Positions 37,241-45,765 of a stretch of 64,000 nucleotides of DNA are shown here, one piece after another. Where the stretch lies: positions 1-64,000 of the forward strand of contig JAHBMJ010000266.1 of assembly GCA_018398765.1 (NCBI GenBank). The letters run 5' to 3'. Each line of letters begins with the position of its first letter. Positions within the stretch are counted from its first letter, which is position 1. Under the pieces are notes generated by a model. The model was not told where the DNA came from. It saw nothing but the letters and a program-made list of their open reading frames with translations, and searched no databases. The translations under genes and the position numbers were made by a program. Source of the stretch: Chromera velia. Taxonomy: Eukaryota.

Positions 37241-38884
37241 TTAGGAAGCCATGCACTCTGCCGTTACTGTCGGGTCGCAAGAAGCCTTTCCAACGTTGCA
37301 CGGCGGTGCGTCGCTATTCACACGCGTGCTGTTTTCAAAGACAGTCTCGAGCACGGTCGGCAGGCCTGACTGAGTATTGTCAGCCGAGGAGAGGCTGCTG
37401 AGTCCGCACGTCTGGAGCTGTGCCTGGTCACTGCAAAAGGCATTCAGCACCAGACCTTGTCCGAGGCTGTCAAGCGACCCGAGCATTCCGTTGTTGAAAA
37501 TCCCCAACTGTCCTATGTAGTTTGTCACAAGGGCCTGACTGAAAATAATCTCCGTCAGGTGCGCATTGCCCGAAATGGTGGTAGGGATTCGACAGTTGTT
37601 TGGGTCATCATCGAACGCCACGACTGCACTGAGGTCCACGCTCTTGAGTCCCTCAACGTTTTGAATTCTCAGAAAATTGTAAAATTGGGCAGTTTGCAGG
37701 ATTGTGTTGATGGTTTCTGTGGGATTCTTTAGGCTGAGGAGATTGATGAACTGGAGGTTGACATTCTGTGTGGGTTGGGAAAACGCAAAAGTTGACGGAA
37801 TCTGAACAAGTTCCAAGATCGGCATGTCAGTAAATCGAAACGACGGAGACGGCCCATCAACGGATTCGAGTTTGGGCAGCAGAATTTGTTTGCCAGACGG
37901 GTGAGTGAACAGCAATCTCCCTGCAGAACGGAGAGAAGGCAAGTTCAAACACTCTAGACCCTCCACGTTGGGGTTGGTGGCCAGTCCACCAATGCGTTCA
38001 AGCAGAGGTGCATAGAATTTGCGGAATCGCGCAGGACCATCAAAGCGTATGCCCCCTAATATCACCTGCAGTTTGGGGAGCCAAACAAGATCCAGAAAGA
38101 CGGCGCTGTTCCAGGCCACCCCGCTGTCGCCTACCCACTCCAAATTGGGCAAAACAATCGTTCGCAATCGGGATGCCTCGCTGGAAATGAAGAAAAAATT
38201 CGCCGATCTGAGGTTGCAGAACGCGGGGGGAACGATGGTCTCGAGGGACTGGAGGGTCAGTCCGACGATATCGCCAGCTGTGACTAGGCCGCTAAAGCCT
38301 TCTAATGTCTTTACGTTCAGAACGGCCCGAGAGGACGCCAAGATCGTTCCGGTAATTTCCCGAAGAGACGAGAAGGCCTCGACAAGGTCGGCATCGTTCA
38401 GAGAAGCGCACCCGGCAACGGAGTCGAATCCACGGCGTGCATCGGCTGCAATGCTAATAACGATGGTGCCTTCGAATCTACAGACACCCTTGAAGGCGTC
38501 TTTAAGCCGTGCAGGGTCGCACGACTGGAAGATGCTCTGTGGGGGGAGGCCCAGGCGGGTAAACAGCGCTTCTGCTGTGAGGGTGTTCTCAGCTGTGCAG
38601 GGAGGGGGCGGTGGGGGGCACTTCGCAAATTCTTTCGGATTGTAGACGGGAATCTCACAAGCGTCTTTGCTCTTTTTCAGAATGTCTTTCCGATCCTTCA
38701 GAATATCCTCTTTCGTTTCAAGGTTGTCAGAGAAGAGCTCTGAAAGGTCGAGTTTCGTCAACTCAGGCACGCCGCCTTTGAACGTGTCAGCCAACTTTCC
38801 CCCAAAGTCCGCGAGGTCCAGTTTTCCGACGGCGGGACTCACGAGGAGGAAGGAGGCAATCAAGGAGCAGCTCAAGCCACGCAT
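37241..38884 (-). CDS. Secreted receptor-L-domain (leucine-rich solenoid) protein, paralog 1
   Basis: Intact single-exon 547-aa ORF with a signal peptide. Repeats FSSLREITG, LPNLEWVG, LPKLQVILG, LPSLRSAG, LPKLESVDG and Cys-rich caps. No TM or GPI tail evident. Confidence 0.85.
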   Translation of the reverse strand: MRGLSCSLIASFLLVSPAVGKLDLADFGGKLADTFKGGVPELTKLDLSELFSDNLETKEDILKDRKDILKKSKDACEIPVYNPKEFAKCPPPPPPCTAENTLTAEALFTRLGLPPQSIFQSCDPARLKDAFKGVCRFEGTIVISIAADARRGFDSVAGCASLNDADLVEAFSSLREITGTILASSRAVLNVKTLEGFSGLVTAGDIVGLTLQSLETIVPPAFCNLRSANFFFISSEASRLRTIVLPNLEWVGDSGVAWNSAVFLDLVWLPKLQVILGGIRFDGPARFRKFYAPLLERIGGLATNPNVEGLECLNLPSLRSAGRLLFTHPSGKQILLPKLESVDGPSPSFRFTDMPILELVQIPSTFAFSQPTQNVNLQFINLLSLKNPTETINTILQTAQFYNFLRIQNVEGLKSVDLSAVVAFDDDPNNCRIPTTISGNAHLTEIIFSQALVTNYIGQLGIFNNGMLGSLDSLGQGLVLNAFCSDQAQLQTCGLSSLSSADNTQSGLPTVLETVFENSTRVNSDAPPCNVGKASCDPTVTAECMAS

Positions 38885-39987
38885 TGCGACGACGTTCGAT
38901 CAGACGTGTCTCAAGGCCGGGCAACGCAGTGCTTCACTGCCGAAAGCAATTAACGGTTCGTCCGAACTTCGTCGACAGAAGCTGAGTTTGCGCGGGAACC
39001 TTCGATCCTCACTTGCTTTCAAATCGTCTCAAAAAGGCTGGGAGGTCAACTCAGTTTTGATGTATGTCAATTCAATTGGGTGTCGTACAGCACGTCATTG
39101 TGACGTCAACACTGCACGTCTATATACATATATATATATAATTCGCAGCATAAATTTCAAGCAAACGACTGACCTTCGCGCGTACGCGTGCATGCGAAGA
39201 CAAATTTTCATGCATGCATGCGAAGACAAATTTCATGCATGCATGAAAATTTGTCTTCGCATGCACGCGTACGCGCGAAGGTCAGTCGTTTGCTTGAAAT
39301 TTATGCTGCGAATTATATATATATATATGTATAGACGTGCAGTGTTGACGTCACAATGACGTGCTGTATGACACCCAATTGAGTTGGCATACATCAAAAC
39401 TGAGTTGACCTCCCAGCCTTTTTGAGACGATTTGAAAGCAAGTGAGGATCGAAGGTTCCCGCGCAAACTCAGCTTCTGTCGACGAAGTTCGGACGAACCG
39501 TTAATTGCTTTCGGCAGTGAAGCACTGCGTTGCCCGGCCTTGAGACACGTCTGATCGAACGTCATCGCAATGCGTGGTTTGAGCTGCTCCTTGATTGCCT
39601 TCTTCCTCCTCGTGAGTCCCGCCGTCGGAAAACTGGACCTCGCGGACTTTGGGGAGAAGTTGGCTGACACGTTCAAAGGCGGCGTGCCTGAGTTGGCGAA
39701 ACTCGACCTTTCAGAGCTCTTCTCTGACAAGCTTGAAACGAAAGAGGATATTCTGAAGGATCGGAAAGACATTCTGAAAAAGAGCAAAGACGCTTGTGAG
39801 ATTCCCGTCTACAATCCGAAAGAATTTGCGAAGTGCCCCCCACCAACCCCTCCCTGCACAGCTGAGAACACCCTCACCGTAGAAGCGCTCCTGACCCGTC
39901 TAGGCCTCCCCCCACAGAACGCTTTCCGGTCGTGCGACCCTGCACGGCTTAAAGACGCCTTCCAGGGCGTGTGCAGGTTTGAAGGCT
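38467..39987. repeat. Large palindrome with axis 39227 and 13-nt spacer (39221-39233)
   Basis: Arms are near-identical through the 685-bp intergenic region and the first ~103 codons, then decay to about codon 139. ATGs at 38884 and 39570 are exactly symmetric. Confidence 0.95.
38885..39569. promoter_or_regulatory. Symmetric bidirectional promoter region
   Basis: Lies between divergent ATGs. CATGCATGCATG x2 at the axis, TGACGTCA at 39101 and 39346, CGCGTACGCG x2 and (TA)n x2. Confidence 0.65.
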
Positions 39988-41216
39988 CCATCATCCTTAA
40001 CGACGCCCAAACACCCGAAAGGGGCTTTGATTCCCCTCAGGGTTGCGTTTCTCTGAACGATGCTGACCTGGTTGAAGCTTTCTCCTCGCTCAGAGAGCTA
40101 ACAGGAGGCTTGCAGGTATTCAGTGATCTGATCAGAAATGTGAAGACGTTTGAGGGCTTTAGCGGTCTCGTTTCAGTAGAGGGTCAGATTCTGATTAATT
40201 CGAGGACTTTAGAGTCCTTGGTCCCTCCTGCGTTCTGTAATCTCGAGTCTGTTTCGGTCCTGAGGATCACACAGAATGCCTTTAATCTCAAGAAGGTCGC
40301 GATGCCCAGTTTGAAAAGCGTTAGGGCTAGTGGCGGTCTCGAAATTGAGGCATCTGGGGATACTGGCATTGAGTTCGTATGGTTCCCAAATTTGGTCAAT
40401 GTAGAGGGTGATGTGAGCTTGGACGGCCCCGGCCCGCTCGGGTCTTTCTTTGCCCCCGCCCTTGAAAGGGTCGCCGGCTCCTTCTCAGTCGATGCAGAAA
40501 TTGACGGGCTCGAATGTTTGAACCTGCCAGGTTTGAGGTTTGCGGGCAGATTCGGCTACAACTACCCTTTTGGGAAGGCACTCCTCCTGCCGAACCTCAA
40601 GTCTGTCGAGACAGTTTTCTCTCTTCAAGAGGTAACTAGTCTTGAGAGGTTTGAACTCTCCGACAGGTTTGACGTGTCTGCACAGACAGATGTGGTCATA
40701 GTGGTGCGAGATTGGCCGAGCTCAAAAGACCAGACCAAATCCGTGAGACATCTCACGCGCACCCTCACTGTGGGCAGCCCCCTCTTCTTTAACGTCCTTG
40801 GTATTTCTACTTTGGACCTCAGCAGCCTGGTCCAAATCAGCACTGAGGAATGCGACGAGCGGCTGCGAATTGCCCGGATGCCCGACCTGGAGACGATTAT
40901 TTGGAATCCTGCGTTGAAGGACAACTTCGCAGCCTGGATCGAAATTTTCGATATCCCCAAACTCGACACCCTGGATGGCCTCGGTGATGGTTTAACCACA
41001 GATCCCAATTGCAACAGTACTGTGAACGTGCGTGACCATGCAACCATGGTTTCCTGCGGTCTGACCAGTCTGAGCTCTGTGGACCAAACACAGTCTGGCC
41101 TCCCAACTGAGCTGGAGAATCTTCCCCTCCCCATATTCAGCAACCTGGCCCCTCTCTGCAACGTTGGCACAGCTTCATGCGACCCACTTGTCACACAAGC
41201 TTGCAAGCCCTCGTAG
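39570..41216 (+). CDS. Secreted receptor-L-domain (leucine-rich solenoid) protein, paralog 2
   Basis: Intact 548-aa ORF, colinear with paralog 1, with the same signal peptide and Cys framework. Confidence 0.85.
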   Translation: MRGLSCSLIAFFLLVSPAVGKLDLADFGEKLADTFKGGVPELAKLDLSELFSDKLETKEDILKDRKDILKKSKDACEIPVYNPKEFAKCPPPTPPCTAENTLTVEALLTRLGLPPQNAFRSCDPARLKDAFQGVCRFEGSIILNDAQTPERGFDSPQGCVSLNDADLVEAFSSLRELTGGLQVFSDLIRNVKTFEGFSGLVSVEGQILINSRTLESLVPPAFCNLESVSVLRITQNAFNLKKVAMPSLKSVRASGGLEIEASGDTGIEFVWFPNLVNVEGDVSLDGPGPLGSFFAPALERVAGSFSVDAEIDGLECLNLPGLRFAGRFGYNYPFGKALLLPNLKSVETVFSLQEVTSLERFELSDRFDVSAQTDVVIVVRDWPSSKDQTKSVRHLTRTLTVGSPLFFNVLGISTLDLSSLVQISTEECDERLRIARMPDLETIIWNPALKDNFAAWIEIFDIPKLDTLDGLGDGLTTDPNCNSTVNVRDHATMVSCGLTSLSSVDQTQSGLPTELENLPLPIFSNLAPLCNVGTASCDPLVTQACKPS

Positions 41217-41863
41217 TAGTCTCGTTATACCTCACAGACCCATTAAATGGGACTCTCCTCAGGACAGATGAATTGTATATGTTTTGACATGCCGTTTGTA
41301 ATCGTTTAAACTAGCGTTTAAACACCAGCTAGCGCAAAGATCATTCGAAGTTTATAAATTTTCTAATATTTTTTTTCTTTTTTTAATAAATGAAATCATT
41401 TTGGTTGTTTTACCTAGTGTTTAACTATTTTCTTTCATACAAAAAAAAAATCCGAGTCATGTTTCATGTTTTAATATATGCATGATATCAATCACTTTCA
41501 GACAGTAGTATAACAAATACTTTTAACACTAGATTCTAGAGTAAATTGAAAAATTCCCTTGAGGTTATGATAAAATAATATAAATAAACTACATTAAATT
41601 TATTTTTTATCTCCTTACTCTGCTGTGACTCTCTTGCTCTTTTGATGCAGGCTGATCCTGCTTTAAGGATCTGACTTCGGTAGAAAGAGGGCAAGGCCTC
41701 GCGTTCTATGTGAGGATGTAAGACTACTCTGCCCTACCGTGGGAATTCAGTGAGTGGCCATCATGGGAAAGCCGTTCTTGCCTTTGTTATCTTCCTTCAT
41801 GGGAGAGGGTTACCTTAGTATTGCGTCTAGCTGCGTATCGAACCAGCCGAACGCTGAACGCTC

Positions 41864-44800
41864 TGCAGAGTCGTACCCGTGTGCTTCGGGCTGAGGGCCG
41901 GCCATCCCGTGCCACGAAGCCGGGATTGGACGCATAGCCCAAGAACCCCGGCAGCTAGACAGAGAAAGAGAGGCCCTCTACAGAAAAGAAAGAATAGAAA
42001 GAGCCGGGGCCTTTTGAGAGGCGGTCCTAGAAGGCAGTTGTGACCTGACTCGAAAGTTGTAGAGATGATGGAGACGGCCAAATATGTTATTGAATCACCC
42101 CTTGCATCGTTACCGTTCAGGAGATATGAGCCATTAAAGATTCAGGAAAAGGATATCCCAAAAGGCAGAATTGCACCTAGCCCCGCAAAGTCATTCCGTG
42201 AAAGCGATAAAGACATTCTGCTTTCCCGGACCAAACATGCCCAACTTTGCGAGGCCCTGAGACATGCACGCTACTCATCACCGGTCAATCGAATTTATAT
42301 GCATGCACGCGCGAAGACATCTTAAGATTCATCTCTAAGTCGAAACGTTGCACAGCCAGGATCAAACTAGTCTGAACATACACATCCGTTTATTAGAATC
42401 CAAAGCCTTCAGAACTCCTTCTACGAATCTTAAGTGCTTTCTATCACATTTTTAAGGTTCTCTAGCTCAGTCCTGCCGATTCCAAACCAGAATTAGCAAG
42501 TGCTGACGCCAGCAAGAGTCGAGAACACGAGCGCCACTCATATGAACCTTCAGCCTGAGGAGCTCAGTCCTTCTGAAACGTTCTTTTTTCATCATAGCCA
42601 TACAGCCAAAGTGAAGCAGGAGAGTATCAACAGCTTTTCTGACTCTTAGAATTCTCTCTCTTGAAGTTTTTGGCCCGAACAAGATCATGGTTGTCAACAC
42701 CCGTCGCACAGAGTATAACCAAAACCAGAACCTATCGACACATTTGTGCATAGACAATATAAGATCTCAGCTATTGGAAGAGACTTTCAATTTCCTAGAA
42801 TCTCCATTACAGAACCCGAAAGACCCCAAACCCAAGAAGGCCCTGACCAAGAAGCAACTCACGTAGAAGGCCAGACAGGAACAGAAACGCCTGGCAGAGA
42901 CTCGCCGAAAACAGAAACAATAAAAAGAGGAGGATACCACGGTCGCGAAGCAGCTCGCTGCCGATGAGGCCATGGGGGTTGAAGAGACTACCGCCCTCTC
43001 TGGAGGAGTCACCGAGAAGACCACCTCCTCGGAGGATAAGTCAACAGCAGCGCACTGCCAGCAGAGAGGCACAGCTGATACACTCTGTCGTTGCACTGCT
43101 GAAGATCTCGCGTATCTCTTCCCTCCCTCCCCCCCGTATGTCTATGTCTGAGACTTCCCTCTTTCTCTCTTTGCTGCAGGCGGTGGTCTCTATGCGGGTG
43201 ACGGACTCCACGCATACTTTGATCCCGAGACCAGGGAGACCGTCTACCTCAGTGTTGCAAAGAACGGCAAGGCTGTCCTTCCACGCCCTGCATAATAGCG
43301 CCAGTCGCTGACAACACGCACGGCACCGTCTCTCACTGCCAACAACACCAAAGACGAGAACGATGAGGATAAGCCGATGCCACCTCCGCCCGAGGCCGTC
43401 ACCTAGTCCCACAAGATCCCCAAGCCGCCCACCAACAACGCCCTACAAGAGGTCGACCACACGTCGGAGCCTGCACCAAAGAGAGGCCAGATAGACAACG
43501 TCGGCACTACTAAGCTCAACCTCCCCAACCCCACTATGAAGGCTGACATACTCACCTTTTCAGGGGAGCACAGCAAGGTGAACGAGTTCTGGCTATCGTT
43601 CAAGGCCGACTGCATCGCGCACAAGTGGGATCTGAACCTCATGGTCTACTACTTCAGGAAAGCCATGAGGGGCACAGCCCTCACATGGTGGACCTCAGAG
43701 ATGGAAGAGAAGGTCGAGATGCTCAAGACTATCAAGAACCTCCATGCATGCTTTGAGGCTCAGTTCGGCATCACCGAGGCCGAGAAGGATGCGGCAGAAG
43801 ACCTTCTGGACAACCTTGTTTAAGACGCTCCCGCGGGGGAGACTATCTATGTATATGCAAAACGCGTGGCGGCCCTGTGTCGACAGGCACGGGTGCGCAG
43901 GAACGACCCCAAAATCCTCAAGAAATTCAAGAAGAGCATTTTTAATGAGACCGTCCGCACCATCCTCACCACGAAAACCTACTCCTCCCTCGATGAGATC
44001 GTTAAGGAAGCAGAGAAGCTTGCCCATGCTAACTCCCCCAACAGCTCCAGCGCCGTCGCCGCTGGTGCTTTCACTCTCGCCCTCCTGTCAATGCTTTGTC
44101 CCTCCTGTCCGGCCACCTTATAGCGTCCAGACAGAAGGTAAAGCGAGGACAAGAACCTTAGGAAGATCTAGAGAAGGAACGTGTGTAACACTAACTTAAG
44201 CAACACTTTACAGGAGGTTTGGCTCCATATCAGTTTAAGCACTAGTGCGATCTGATATTCCAATCAGCTGCGTTCATTCTATCATGCATGGTTTCTCAGA
44301 CTCTTGATCGGGGGGGATCTGTAGAGTCGTACCTGCGCGCTTTGGGCCGAGGGCTGGCTATCCCGTGCTACAAGGCCGGGATTGGACGCATGGCCCAAGA
44401 ACCCCGGCAGCTAGACAGAGAGAGAGAGGCCCTCTACAGAAAAGAAAGAATAGAAAGAATAGAAAGAGCCAGAGCCTTTTGAGAGGCGGTCCCGGAAGGT
44501 AGTTATGACCCGATTCGAAAGTTGTGGAGATGATGGAGACGGCCAAATATGTTATTGAATCACCCCTTGCATCGTTACCGTTCAGGAGATATGAGCCATT
44601 AAAGATTCAGGAAAAGGATATCCTAAAAGACAGAATTGCACCTAGCCCCGTAAAGTCATTCCGTGAAAGCGATAAAGACATTCTGCTTTCCCGGACCAAA
44701 CATGCCCAACTTTGCGGGGCCCTGAGACATGTACGCTACTTATCACCGGTCAATCGAATTTACATGTATGCACGCGCGAAGACATCTTAAGATTCATCTC

Positions 44801-44963
44801 TAAGTTGAAACGTTGCGCAGCCAGGATCGAACTAGTCTGAACATACACATCCGTCTATTAGAATCCAAAGCCTTCAGAACTCCTTCTACAAACCTCAAGT
44901 GCTTTCTATTACGTTTTTAAGGTTCCCTAGCTCAGTCCTGCCGATTCTAAACCGGAATGAGCA
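41864..44963 (+). mobile_element. Non-autonomous gag-only LTR retrotransposon (element D)
   Basis: TG...CA LTRs at 41864-42498 and 44320-44963, perfect 4-bp TSD GCTC, PBS-like TGCTGACGCCAGCAAG, G-run PPT before the 3' LTR, no pol. Confidence 0.92.
42687..44123 (+). pseudogene. gag: Gag of element D, one frame with about 7 premature stops
   Basis: ATG 42687 is in frame with ORFs 43536 and 43866. ILTFSGE...FW...ALTWW...FEAQFG aligns with the element C capsid region (LLSFDGN...F*...AKQWY...FLARYG). Confidence 0.82.
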
Positions 44964-45339
44964 GCTCATTTAATTATGGGCCGATAACGATGGTGAATGA
45001 TGATGATGATAATAATAAAGATCTGACAGTATGCATGTAAAGCAGCATCAGCTTGCTCCAGAAGAGCAAGAGAGTCACAGGCGATGGTAAAGATAAGGGG
45101 TATATCATTGGTTGACGTGGCCATACGTGGTGATAGGACATGCTCTTGAAGAGTAGACACACTCCTGAAGCTAGTCCTCAGGAGATCTGATGAAGAGTGC
45201 GACTGAACGTGAGAGATCAGTTAATTGACAAACCTAGTCAATTCAAAACTAAGAAGGATAATATGAATGCAAACTTTTTACATGTATGGTCTTGCAAACT
45301 TATAGTTTTAAAGAAATGTTTGTGTATATCCTGCGATGC

Positions 45340-45480
45340 CAGAAAGACGCGGCGGGCCCGACCACGGCCCGGGCGGGCCATGCATTAATTCGCGGCCCCA
45401 TGCATGCATCCCCGCGCGGTGGCCGGCCCGCGCGCACTGAAAATTAAGACTTCGATCACCCCGGCCATGCATGCACTCGA
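45340..45480 (+). promoter_or_regulatory. GC/CpG-rich putative promoter with clustered ATGCAT/TGCATGCA motifs
   Basis: About 300-400 bp upstream of ATG 45766. TGCATGCA is a known ApiAP2-bound motif in Apicomplexa. Confidence 0.5.
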
Positions 45481-45765
45481 TCCATATGAAGTGAGCCGAC
45501 TTCAGTGTAAGAGGATCGAGAGAAATAAGCCAACCATTCTTCATTAATTGTGTATACATGTGATTGTGTGCCACTGGCTTCTACCACTGACTGCTGAAGA
45601 GCAGCTGTACGGATACAGTAAGTCTCGCTCTTCAACGCCGGACAATGCAAGCTGTTGAGGTGGAGAGAAGCAAAACTACAGTCTGTCTCTTACACTCCTG
45701 ACTGTTGCAGTGTTGCACGGTGTCGAGACGCTCACTTCATTTCGACATTTCTTCTCTCCCTGACA

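Noticed and set aside
38667..39787. ORFs 38667-39359 (+) and 39233-39787 (-) as genes
   Set aside because: They are antisense shadows of the L-domain genes, mirrored by the palindrome, with TTG starts.
38467..39987. Palindrome as a whole-genome-amplification fold-back chimera
   Set aside because: The arms carry scattered mismatches, decay gradually and lead into two different intact genes. Long-read confirmation is still advisable.
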